From positions 15,650-79,649 of the forward strand of contig JAKSNZ010000004.1 in assembly GCA_024405855.1 (NCBI GenBank): a stretch of DNA of 64,000 nucleotides, written 5' to 3'. The first letter of the stretch is position 1. Each line of letters begins with the position of its first letter. The translations under genes were made by a program, and so were the position numbers. Below, in pieces: positions 1-8,138 of this stretch. Origin of the DNA: Paludibacteraceae bacterium (lineage in GTDB: Bacteria; Bacteroidota; Bacteroidia; Bacteroidales; Paludibacteraceae). The notes beneath the pieces were generated by a model, which worked only from the letters and a program-made list of their open reading frames with translations, searched no databases and had not been told where the DNA came from.

Positions 1-1724
1 CAGGTCAGGGCTCTGAAGAAGAGGTTCTTAAAACAATAGTATGGTTTGGTGGTGCAGACGGTGATGAGGATAACTGGGATAACCGTAATAACTGGTTTAA
101 ACTTGATGGTACGCGTGTAACCTGCGTGGATAACTTGAGTGATGACCTTACTGTAATTATTCCTGAAGCCAACTCTACCAAGTATCCTACACCACAAGGT
201 GGTATTACATACTATCCTTATATTCCTGTTTTTGGAGAGCAAATAGAGGCTCATAATATAGAGGCCGTGCGTGCAGGTATTATGGAAGATAACACTCAGT
301 ATCTGACCAAGTTCTTTGAGACTATGGAGATAGAGGAGGGTGCTCCTGTATTGGGTGTTGAGAATCTTATGGATGATGTACGCCACTATGGTAGTGCTAA
401 GAATCAGTTTACTGCCGGTCGTAAGGAGTGGATTCTTGTAGGTACAGTAATTATGCCATTTACTGATGGCACAAAGAGTGCAGCCCGTAATATTAATTCA
501 GGTGATTACTTTATAGAAGGTCATACGCCTCATGTATATATGCATCAGGCATATATCAATGGTGATAAGGCTGATTGGCACACTCCGTTTACAAGCCTTG
601 AGGAATCAGTTGATCCAGATAAGGTGTTTGCTATAAGAATTCCTGATGAGTACGGTAATTACAAACTATCTGCTCAGTGGTACTATTATGGTCAGGACAA
701 GGCTGCCACAGAGGGCGATGCACCTAAGACATTCTCTCATGAGGGTTGGTTCTATAATGAGAGTGGTTTGCCATCTTACAGTGGTATGGTTGCAGGTCAA
801 CTTGCTTTACTGTCTAATACTTATCCTGCTAATATTTCATTGGAAAATCTGGTGGATAAGAAAGGTACTTTCCAAATTTGGGATTATGATGATAAAGGAT
901 TTAGACAAGCAATTAGCACAGATGTTATAAAGAGTCAGAATGGCTTTGCCTTTAACCCTTCAGCATCGGGTTCACTTGATATTACTAAAGATGATTTGTC
1001 TTATTCCAATACTAAGTACAAATCTGCTGAAGTTGCAACACCAAGCATCTTTATAAGGCTTGCAAATATTACAGGCGAGGGTGGTAATAAGGTGCTTATT
1101 AAGTATGATGAACTTAAAGAGGATGAGTATAATCTTAATACAGATGCACCTCACATTACTAATGCTATGAGTGAGTATAATGCAGTTCCTGAAATGTACG
1201 CTATGCGTTATGGCAAGAACTTGGCAGGAGTTACGGTTCCTACTCTTACACAGTCTATACCTCTTGGTGTAAATATTAAGCAGGATATGACTGTAGAGTT
1301 CTCAATGTACAGCAATAGTGGTTTCTCTAAGGCAACATTGTTAGATGCTGTTACTGGTAATCTTTATGATTTGCTTGCTGGTGAGAAATATCAGGTATCT
1401 CTTGCAAAAGGCTTGTATGATGACCGTTTCTTCTTAAATCTTGATGTTGAGAAGGAGGTTGTTACAGATGTTGAAGAGCAGGAGGAGAATTCAGGTTCAA
1501 TCATAAATATTGATGCTATGGAAGATGGCTCAGTTATAATTTCATCATCTGATGATGAAATTTTGAAAGAGGCTGAGATTACAAGTATGAGTGGTAACAC
1601 TTGGAAAGTTTCACTTAATAACCCACACTATAACATAGTTAAGATTGATGGTGTACAGGGTGCATACATAGTTAAGGCAATAGGTGAAACTCAGTCTAAG
1701 ACTGCTAAGGTGATAGTGAAGTAA
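1..1724 (+). CDS. 3' part of a large secreted surface protein with a T9SS-type C-terminal sorting domain (5' end lies outside the window)
   Basis: The reading frame is open from nt 3, with no stop before the GTG at 126 that the ORF track uses. The last ~80 aa (NTWKVSLNNPHYNIVKIDGVQGAYIVKAIGETQSKTAKVIVK) resemble a Bacteroidetes Por/T9SS C-terminal domain. Confidence 0.7.
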   Translation, partial: GQGSEEEVLKTIVWFGGADGDEDNWDNRNNWFKLDGTRVTCVDNLSDDLTVIIPEANSTKYPTPQGGITYYPYIPVFGEQIEAHNIEAVRAGIMEDNTQYLTKFFETMEIEEGAPVLGVENLMDDVRHYGSAKNQFTAGRKEWILVGTVIMPFTDGTKSAARNINSGDYFIEGHTPHVYMHQAYINGDKADWHTPFTSLEESVDPDKVFAIRIPDEYGNYKLSAQWYYYGQDKAATEGDAPKTFSHEGWFYNESGLPSYSGMVAGQLALLSNTYPANISLENLVDKKGTFQIWDYDDKGFRQAISTDVIKSQNGFAFNPSASGSLDITKDDLSYSNTKYKSAEVATPSIFIRLANITGEGGNKVLIKYDELKEDEYNLNTDAPHITNAMSEYNAVPEMYAMRYGKNLAGVTVPTLTQSIPLGVNIKQDMTVEFSMYSNSGFSKATLLDAVTGNLYDLLAGEKYQVSLAKGLYDDRFFLNLDVEKEVVTDVEEQEENSGSIINIDAMEDGSVIISSSDDEILKEAEITSMSGNTWKVSLNNPHYNIVKIDGVQGAYIVKAIGETQSKTAKVIVK

Positions 1725-1734
1725 ACACCTTAAC

Positions 1735-1760
1735 GTCATTTCGAGCGAAGCGAGAAATCT
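1735..1760 (+). repeat. Covarying hairpin element, copy 1: gtc-ATTTC-GAGCGAAGCGA-GAAAT-ct
   Basis: Read directly 11 nt after the stop of the upstream gene. The 5-bp stem is 1738-1742/1754-1758 and the invariant 11-nt loop is 1743-1753. Confidence 0.8.
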
Positions 1761-1792
1761 TTAAGAGAGTAATAAACAAATTAATATAAAAA

Positions 1793-2239
1793 ATGAAAAA
1801 ATTATTATTTATTGGAATTGTAGCGTTGATGGTACAGAGTTTGGGGGCAGTTACTCTGCCAAGTACATCGTACAGTCCTTATGCAGGCGGGTCATCCTCA
1901 GGCACCGAGCAGTCATTACTTTCAGGTGGCACTATGCTTACGGGTTCATACTCAGTATTAGGTGCGTATGATGAGTGTACAAAATTTGATGAGGGTGCTT
2001 GTGAAAGTTGCTGTGATTCATACTTGCAACATCCTTGTTTTGAAATCTGTTTGTCACAAGGTGGTGACCCTGATACTTGTGCATCACAGTGCGGTGGTCA
2101 ACAGGTTAAGGAGTGTAAGTCGGCTTGCCATGGTGGCGGCTCTCTGCCTCTTGACGGCGGACTCTCCATCTTGTTAGTATTGGGTATTGCCGGTGGTGCG
2201 TTCAAGGTATTCAGAGCAAGACAAAATCAAGTTAAATAA
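1793..2239 (+). CDS. Small secreted cysteine-rich protein with a C-terminal Gly-rich motif, TM helix and basic tail
   Basis: N-terminal signal peptide MKKLLFIGIVALMVQSLGA. Ten Cys lie within ~55 aa. The tail is GGGSLPLDGGLSILLVLGIAGGAFKVFRARQNQVK. No family recognised. Confidence 0.6.
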   Translation: MKKLLFIGIVALMVQSLGAVTLPSTSYSPYAGGSSSGTEQSLLSGGTMLTGSYSVLGAYDECTKFDEGACESCCDSYLQHPCFEICLSQGGDPDTCASQCGGQQVKECKSACHGGGSLPLDGGLSILLVLGIAGGAFKVFRARQNQVK

Positions 2240-2255
2240 TTAAATTTTAGATACT

Positions 2256-3482
2256 ATGAAAAAATTATTAACAATCATAACTGCAACCTTGCTATTGCTT
2301 GGTAGCAGTAGTGCGTGGGCTGGTTTATATGATGATGTTTACGAACTTGTGCTTGGTGGTGCGGGAATAACTGTAAAGTTAAGAGACTCTTCTTTAACTG
2401 AAAAATATAGCAATAATGCTGAAAATTGGAGTTTTGTTAAGATTAGTGGAGATATTGATGTTGCCAATGATGGTAAACCACAAGCTTTTCCAGATGGAAA
2501 GAATGTTTTTGTTACATTACTTAGTGCTCCTTCAGCAGGCAGTTATAATGGAGAATATTCATTAACATATACTCCTATGAGCGAATGTATTAAGTTAATT
2601 TTTACAAATGGTGATTTGACTCATACTACATGTGCAGCTCCAGAGCCTACAGTATCTTTGGCTGAAGGTGATATAACAATGAACAGTATTCAAGTAACGG
2701 CAACCACTAAGAATTTTAGCGGTACGCCATCATACTCTTGGAGATATAAGCAAACAGGGGGCAGTTATACTTCAATTGCCGCTACTACAAGTACTATAAT
2801 TCAGTCTGGTCTTAAAAAGGCAACATCTTATACATTTGAGTGTACTGCCACATATCAAGATGAGACCGATACTAAAGATATTGTAATAGAAACTGCTGAT
2901 GAGAAGGGGGATATTGATGTTTCTGTTGATAGAATTCAGTCAGATTTGTGGATTTTTAAAATTTCCGGGACTTTTAACTATGGTCATACATTCACGCTTA
3001 CAGCAATAGAAGGAAATCCAACTGGGCTAACCTTTGAAAGATATAATTCTGCAGATGCAAGTTTTTTAAATTTCAAATGTTTGCAAGGTGGATCTGTAGC
3101 AGTTGATGCTGGTGACTACAAGTTTAAATTATTAGATGTTACTACTAATGAATGCTCTGTTCTTAACTTTAATTGTGCTGTTGCAGGTACTCCTGAGACT
3201 CAGATGAAATTTAAGTCTGCTACCGCTTGTACGGTTCCAGAAACAGAGGCAGAGTTCCCATTTACAAAAACATCTCTTAACCAAAAGACACTTGCAGTTT
3301 CAACTACAGGTAACATTAAGAGTGTTGCAATTAGTCAGAACGGTGAGCAGAAACGCTATTTTGAAGGCAGTGGTGCTACATCACAGAATGTTGATATAAG
3401 CAACTTAGCCAGTGGCACATACACTGTCACTCTAACAGCAGAGGGTTCTGGAAACTTAAAAGTTCTGAATTCAGTATATTAA
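2256..3482 (+). CDS. Secreted protein of unknown function, possibly T9SS cargo with an Fn3/Ig-like middle region
   Basis: Signal peptide MKKLLTIITATLLLLGSSSAWA. The composition is beta-rich. The C-terminus ISNLASGTYTVTLTAEGSGNLKVLNSVY is CTD-like. The gene sits 17 nt after the previous gene. Confidence 0.6.
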   Translation: MKKLLTIITATLLLLGSSSAWAGLYDDVYELVLGGAGITVKLRDSSLTEKYSNNAENWSFVKISGDIDVANDGKPQAFPDGKNVFVTLLSAPSAGSYNGEYSLTYTPMSECIKLIFTNGDLTHTTCAAPEPTVSLAEGDITMNSIQVTATTKNFSGTPSYSWRYKQTGGSYTSIAATTSTIIQSGLKKATSYTFECTATYQDETDTKDIVIETADEKGDIDVSVDRIQSDLWIFKISGTFNYGHTFTLTAIEGNPTGLTFERYNSADASFLNFKCLQGGSVAVDAGDYKFKLLDVTTNECSVLNFNCAVAGTPETQMKFKSATACTVPETEAEFPFTKTSLNQKTLAVSTTGNIKSVAISQNGEQKRYFEGSGATSQNVDISNLASGTYTVTLTAEGSGNLKVLNSVY

Positions 3483-3505
3483 AAATATATTCCTAAACTT
3501 ACAAT

Positions 3506-3542
3506 CCACTGCACCCTCTATTTGAGGGCTTGCAGTGGTTTG
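3506..3542 (+). terminator. Hairpin terminator after the 2256-3482 gene
   Basis: CCACTGCA-CCCTC-tattt-GAGGG-ct-TGCAGTGG followed by TTTGG. It starts 24 nt after the stop codon. Confidence 0.6.
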
Positions 3543-3586
3543 GTGTGTTTACTGGTGGCATTGGGTGGAAATTTTGGTTAAAATTT
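3538..3586 (+). repeat. Direct repeat, copy A (GTTTGGTGTGTTTACTGGTGGCATTGGGTGGAAATTTTGGTTAAAATT)
   Basis: About 90 percent identical by eye to 4718-4766 (3 substitutions, 2 single-nt indels). Weaker similarity continues to the downstream -7 box. Confidence 0.8.
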
Positions 3587-3607
3587 TGCATATTGAAAAT
3601 ATTGTCT

Positions 3608-3615
3608 TACCTTTG
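3608..3615 (+). promoter_or_regulatory. Bacteroides-type -7 box TACCTTTG
   Basis: Exact match to TAnnTTTG, 24 nt upstream of a 40-aa sORF ATG at 3639. Confidence 0.45.
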
Positions 3616-4115
3616 CATTGCAAGAAATTATTGTTTTTATGAAACCTGCTACGCGTGTACAACAAATTAAAAAGGATTCCTCTCCTTATGACTTTCGCCC
3701 TGTAACTAAAACAGAGCATGAGTCTTGGCGCGTTGGCACTTATGGCTACATCAAATTATAAATTTTCTCACTATCCTTATTCCTTTGTAATGAGTTGCAA
3801 AGGTGAAGTTCCTTATAAATTATTTAGATTCAGGTCATCTAGGTCTAATCAGGTTCCAAAAATCAACAAGTATTTTACGGAAAATTATTCTAATTTTGAT
3901 TAGGTCTCTAAGTAGAAGAAAAGTATTGGTGGTATTAGATTGAAATTTTGGAGAAATTATGTTAAATATTTTAACATATTATGGTTTAGTTTTTGTATTT
4001 GTAAGATAAATATATGTGCTTCTGCTCTGGTTTGATACTTTAATTTTTATACTATTTGCCTAAGTTTTAGGGAATTAGTGGGATTTATGGATTTGGAGAA
4101 TGAGAAAATATTTTT

Positions 4116-4123
4116 TATCTTTG
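4116..4123 (+). promoter_or_regulatory. Bacteroides-type -7 box TATCTTTG
   Basis: Exact TAnnTTTG match, 28 nt upstream of the ATG at 4151 (44-aa sORF that overlaps the protease gene start). Confidence 0.45.
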
Positions 4124-4268
4124 CAGGTGAAAATCATTATTTGATAGATTATGGGAATAGTAAAACTTTCTAATGCTGGAGAAAAAAGTCAAGTAAGAAC
4201 TTCCGGTTATGTAAGAAGTTCAAAGAAATTTAACGCTTCTGTAAGGTTTATTCCAAAATCTGAATTAG

Positions 4269-4712
4269 ATGGGCGTTTTCAGTAAATATTTTGATTGTAG
4301 AACTGATGCAATTGTTACTAATGCAGAGGTGTTTTCTCCTGTTGATTTGTATGATACTACAGATAAACCATTGAGGTTTAATACTTTTAATGCATTGTGG
4401 GATACAGGAGCAACTCAAAGTCTTATTTCTTCAAGAGTTGTAAAAGCGTTAAAATTGAAACCTATTGATGAGGTTGTTGTTTCAGGTATTGATGGAGCAG
4501 AAAATCATTCTGTATATTTGGTTCATTTGGGTATTCCTGAAGGGTATGTTGTTCCTGAATTAGAGGTTATAGGGCAGGATGGTATTGATTATGATGTGGT
4601 GATTGGTATGGATATAATGAGTTGCTGTGATATTGCTTTCTCTAATAAGGATGGTGTCAGTGTGTTCTCTTTTAGACTTCCCAGTAAGGAGCATATTGTT
4701 TTAAGGGATTGA
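4269..4712 (+). CDS. Retropepsin-like (clan AA) aspartic protease
   Basis: Catalytic signature ALWDTGATQSLIS (D-T-G-A) at aa ~44-56, plus the downstream VVIGMDIM motif typical of single-lobe retropepsin-like domains. Size is 147 aa. Confidence 0.75.
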   Translation: MGVFSKYFDCRTDAIVTNAEVFSPVDLYDTTDKPLRFNTFNALWDTGATQSLISSRVVKALKLKPIDEVVVSGIDGAENHSVYLVHLGIPEGYVVPELEVIGQDGIDYDVVIGMDIMSCCDIAFSNKDGVSVFSFRLPSKEHIVLRD

Positions 4713-4717
4713 TTATA

Positions 4718-4766
4718 GTTTGGTGTGTTTATGGTGGTATTGGGTTGGAATTTTTGGTGAAAATTG
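4718..4766 (+). repeat. Direct repeat, copy B
   Basis: Matches 3538-3586 and starts 6 nt after the protease stop codon. Confidence 0.8.
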
Positions 4767-4788
4767 TTGTAGAATAAAAAAATAGTTG

Positions 4789-4796
4789 TATCTTTG
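4789..4796 (+). promoter_or_regulatory. -7 box TATCTTTG, likely greA promoter
   Basis: Exact TAnnTTTG match 95 nt upstream of the greA ATG. It sits at the same position relative to repeat copy B as the 3608 box does relative to copy A. Confidence 0.5.
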
Positions 4797-4890
4797 TGGT
4801 GTGCTTTGGGTTGAAAGCCACTGAGTGCACGTTTGTAGGGTCCTGTGAGGGATTCTATTATTTTTTGTTACTAATTTAATTTACTATATT

Positions 4891-5364
4891 ATGGCAGAAA
4901 CAATTTACATGACCCAAGAGGGTTACAAGAAATTGATTGATGAAATCACTCAACTTGAAAGTGTGGAGCGTCCTAAAATCTCTCGTCAGATTGCTGAGGC
5001 AAGGGATAAGGGAGACCTTTCTGAAAATGCTGAATATGATGCGGCTCGTGAGGCTCAGGGCTTGCTTGAGGCTAAGATTGCTCAAATGAAGGAGATGGTT
5101 ACTAATGTGCGTATCATTGATGAGAGCCATCTGAAATCGGGTGAAATTCAGATTTTGAGTAAGGTTACCATTAAGAATGTGAAGAATGGTCAGCAAATGA
5201 CTTACACTCTTGTATCGGAGGCTGAGGCTAACTTGCGTGAGGGAAAGATGAGTGTGGGCACTCCTATTGCCAAGGCTCTTATTGGCAAGCATAAGGGTGA
5301 CAAGGTGCAGGTGTCTGCTCCGTCAGGAACTATTGAGTTTGAGATAGTGGAAGTGGGAATGTAA
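4891..5364 (+). CDS. greA: Transcription elongation factor GreA
   Basis: 157 aa. N-terminal coiled coil with DLSENAEYDAAREAQ and a C-terminal FKBP-like domain. Confidence 0.95.
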   Translation: MAETIYMTQEGYKKLIDEITQLESVERPKISRQIAEARDKGDLSENAEYDAAREAQGLLEAKIAQMKEMVTNVRIIDESHLKSGEIQILSKVTIKNVKNGQQMTYTLVSEAEANLREGKMSVGTPIAKALIGKHKGDKVQVSAPSGTIEFEIVEVGM

Positions 5365-5379
5365 AGAGAGTGAATTATT

Positions 5380-5781
5380 ATGTCTAGTATATTCAGTAAA
5401 ATTGTAGCGGGTGAGATTCCTTGCTATAAGGTTGCGGAGACTGATAAGTTCTTTGCATTTCTTGACATCAACCCTCTTCAAAAGGGGCATACTCTTGTAA
5501 TTCCTAAGCAGGAGGTTGATTATATTTTTGACCTCAGCGATGAGGACTTGGCTGGTTTGCAAATTTTTGCAAAGATTATTGCCGGTGCCATAAAGCGTGC
5601 TTTTCCTTGCAGAAAGGTGGCACAGGTGGTGCTTGGGCTTGAGGTTCCTCATGCTCACATTCATCTTATTCCTATGCAGAGCGAGAAGGATGTGAACTTC
5701 TCCAACCCAAGACTAAAATTGAGTAATGAGGAATTTGAGGAGATAGCGGGAAAAATTAGGAAAGAACTAAAATTAGTATGA
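5380..5781 (+). CDS. HIT family (histidine triad) nucleotide hydrolase
   Basis: HAHIHLIP histidine triad in a 133-aa protein. There is a 4-nt ATGA overlap with the next gene. Confidence 0.9.
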   Translation: MSSIFSKIVAGEIPCYKVAETDKFFAFLDINPLQKGHTLVIPKQEVDYIFDLSDEDLAGLQIFAKIIAGAIKRAFPCRKVAQVVLGLEVPHAHIHLIPMQSEKDVNFSNPRLKLSNEEFEEIAGKIRKELKLV

Positions 5782-6737
5782 AAGTATATAAATATGCTAA
5801 AGACCTCGGTGACTTGAACACCGCGTTAAGGGAGGCCTTTGAGGTTAAGGCAAATCCTTACAAGTGGGATACATTGGGCAAGAACAAAACCTTGCTCATG
5901 GTTTTCTTTAATTCAAGTTTGCGTACACGTTTGAGTACACAAAAGGCTGGTATGAATCTTGGCATGAACACTATTGTGCTTGATGTAAATGCCGGTGCTT
6001 GGAAACTTGAGACTGAACGTGGTGTTATTATGGACGGCGACAAGCCTGAACATTTGCTTGAGGCTATTCCTGTTATGGGTAGTTACTGTGACCTTATCGG
6101 GGTAAGGAGTTTTGCCCGTTTTGAGAGCAAGGAGTTTGACTATAATGAGGTTATTCTGGAACAGTTCATCAAGTATTCTGGCAAGCCTGTGTTCAGTATG
6201 GAGTCTGCCACTTGTCATCCTTTGCAGGCTTTTGCTGACCTTATTACTATAGAGGAATATAAGGAGAAGGAGCGTCCAAAGGTTGTGCTTACTTGGGCTC
6301 CGCATCCAAGGGTTCTGCCTCAGGCTGTGCCTAACTCTTTCTGTGACTTTATGAATGAGGCAAATGTTGATTTTGTAATAACTCATCCTAAGGGCTATGA
6401 ACTTTGCCCTGATTTTGTGCGTGGTGCTAAAATAGAGTATGACCAGCGTAAGGCGTTTGAGGGGGCTGATTTTATTTATGCAAAGAATTGGTCTGCTTAT
6501 AATGATGGTGTTTACGGTCAAATTCTGAGCAAGGATATGAATTGGACTGTTGATACTGAGAAGATGGCACTTACAAACAACGCTTTCTTTATGCACTGTC
6601 TGCCTGTTCGCCGCAATATGATTGTAACTGACGATGTTATTGAGAGTGAACGCAGTATTGTTATCCCTGAAGCCGCAAACAGAGTTGTTTCCGCACAGAC
6701 GGTGATAAAACGGATGCTGAATGAAATTATTTATTGA
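5778..6737 (+). CDS. argF': N-succinylornithine carbamoyltransferase (Bacteroides ArgF'-type)
   Basis: SSLRTRLSTQKA carbamoyl-phosphate motif and HCLPVRRN. Long stretches (GAWKLETERGVIMDGDKPEHLLEAIPVMG, NMIVTDDVIES) match my recollection of B. fragilis ArgF'. Confidence 0.85.
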   Translation: MKVYKYAKDLGDLNTALREAFEVKANPYKWDTLGKNKTLLMVFFNSSLRTRLSTQKAGMNLGMNTIVLDVNAGAWKLETERGVIMDGDKPEHLLEAIPVMGSYCDLIGVRSFARFESKEFDYNEVILEQFIKYSGKPVFSMESATCHPLQAFADLITIEEYKEKERPKVVLTWAPHPRVLPQAVPNSFCDFMNEANVDFVITHPKGYELCPDFVRGAKIEYDQRKAFEGADFIYAKNWSAYNDGVYGQILSKDMNWTVDTEKMALTNNAFFMHCLPVRRNMIVTDDVIESERSIVIPEAANRVVSAQTVIKRMLNEIIY

Positions 6738-8052
6738 GACATACGGATGCCAAATGAACTTTGCTGACAGTGAAGTGGTGGCGGCAGTCATGCAGACTGC
6801 TGACTATGACCTTACTGACAACATTGAAGAGGCAGACTGCATTCTCATAAACACCTGCTCAATTCGTGAGCACGCTGAGATTAAGGCTATGAACCGCCTT
6901 GAGTATTTTCAGTCTTTGAAAAAGAAACGCAAGGGGCTTATTGTGGGTGTCATAGGTTGTATGGCAGAGCGTATGAAGGATGAACTTCTAAGCAATAAGG
7001 TGGTTGACATGGTTGTTGGTCCTGACTGCTACCTTGATTTGCCAAACCTGGTGGCACAGGCATCGGAAGGACATAAGGCAATAAATGTGGAGCCTTCTCT
7101 TACTGAAACCTATAAGGATGTGATTCCTAAACGCATTGCCCCTGGAATATCGGGGTTTGTGTCAATTATGCGTGGGTGCAATAATTTCTGCTCATACTGC
7201 ATTGTGCCGTACACGCGTGGACGGGAACGCAGCCGTGAGTATCAGAGTATTCTCAGTGAGGTGCTTGACCTTAAAAGTAAGGGGTACAAAGAGGTTACTC
7301 TGCTTGGGCAGAATGTAAATTCATACAATTTTGAGGGGCTTACTTTTCCAATGCTGCTTGATAAGTTGGCTTGCGAAGTGCCTGAACTTAGAATTAGGTT
7401 TACAACTTCGCATCCAAAGGATATGAGCGAAGAAACGGTAAAGGTCATAGCAAAGCATCATAACTTGTGCAAGCATATACACCTGCCAGTGCAGAGCGGA
7501 AGCAACAGAATATTGCAGCTGATGAACCGCAAATATACCCGTGAGTGGTATCTTGACAAGGTGGCAATGATACGCTCCATAATACCTGATTGTGGCATAA
7601 CCACTGATATGTTTACCGGTTTTCACAGTGAAACGGAAGAAGACCATCAGCAAACGCTGAGCCTTATGCGTGAGGCTGCCTTTGACAGTGCCTTTATGTT
7701 CAAATACTCTGAGCGTCAGGGTACTTACGCCAGCAGGAACTTGCCTGATGATGTGCCTGAAGAGGTTAAGGTACGCCGTCTTCAGGAGGCAATTGACCTT
7801 CAACTTGAACTCTCGCTTGAAAGCAACAGACGTGATATAGGAAAGCAGTTTGAGGTGTTGGTTGAGGGTCGCTCAAAACGCTCCGCTGACCAAATGTTTG
7901 GGCGTACTTCACAAAACAAAGTGGTGCTGTTTGACAAGGGAGATAATAAAGTAGGAGATTTGATTACCGTCACCATCACCGATGCCACTCCCGCCACCCT
8001 TTTCGGAACGGCTCTCCGTCATTCTGAGCGAAGCGAAGAATCTCAAACATAA
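6721..8052 (+). CDS. miaB: tRNA-i6A37 methylthiotransferase MiaB
   Basis: N-terminal ETYGCQMN (UPF0004 domain), radical-SAM CNNFCSYCIVP, C-terminal TRAM domain. The last 11 codons (RHSERSEESQT) are encoded by hairpin element copy 2. Confidence 0.93.
   Translation: MKLFIETYGCQMNFADSEVVAAVMQTADYDLTDNIEEADCILINTCSIREHAEIKAMNRLEYFQSLKKKRKGLIVGVIGCMAERMKDELLSNKVVDMVVGPDCYLDLPNLVAQASEGHKAINVEPSLTETYKDVIPKRIAPGISGFVSIMRGCNNFCSYCIVPYTRGRERSREYQSILSEVLDLKSKGYKEVTLLGQNVNSYNFEGLTFPMLLDKLACEVPELRIRFTTSHPKDMSEETVKVIAKHHNLCKHIHLPVQSGSNRILQLMNRKYTREWYLDKVAMIRSIIPDCGITTDMFTGFHSETEEDHQQTLSLMREAAFDSAFMFKYSERQGTYASRNLPDDVPEEVKVRRLQEAIDLQLELSLESNRRDIGKQFEVLVEGRSKRSADQMFGRTSQNKVVLFDKGDNKVGDLITVTITDATPATLFGTALRHSERSEESQT
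8018..8043 (+). repeat. Covarying hairpin element, copy 2: gtc-ATTCT-GAGCGAAGCGA-AGAAT-ct
   Basis: Stem 8021-8025/8037-8041, loop 8026-8036. It lies inside the 3' end of the miaB ORF. Confidence 0.8.
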
Positions 8053-8091
8053 AATTGTTGATAAATTTTTTGCAAGTAACAAAATAATTCT

Positions 8092-8099
8092 TAACTTTG
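8092..8099 (+). promoter_or_regulatory. -7 box TAACTTTG upstream of the OmpA-like gene
   Basis: Exact TAnnTTTG match 40 nt upstream of the ATG at 8139. Confidence 0.5.
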
Positions 8100-8138
8100 T
8101 CGCCTAATAGTAGTTAGGAAAATTAAAAAATCATAATT

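Noticed and set aside
3718-3903. 61-aa ORF in the AT-rich spacer upstream of the protease gene.
   Set aside because: There is no -7 box in front, the composition is typical of random AT-rich frames, and no motif is present. It is also out of frame with the better-supported 40-aa sORF, which it overlaps at 3718-3761.
5913-6791. 292-aa ORF antisense to argF', together with many other 60-160-aa ORFs in the track (for example 4876-5292 antisense to greA, 7321-7803 in miaB, 12988-13395 in the ABC gene, 19259-21204 series in gyrB, 26833-27300 in porX).
   Set aside because: All lie inside, and mostly antisense to, genes with unambiguous conserved motifs. Their translations are low-complexity or Leu/Ser/Arg-rich shadow frames with no recognisable domain.
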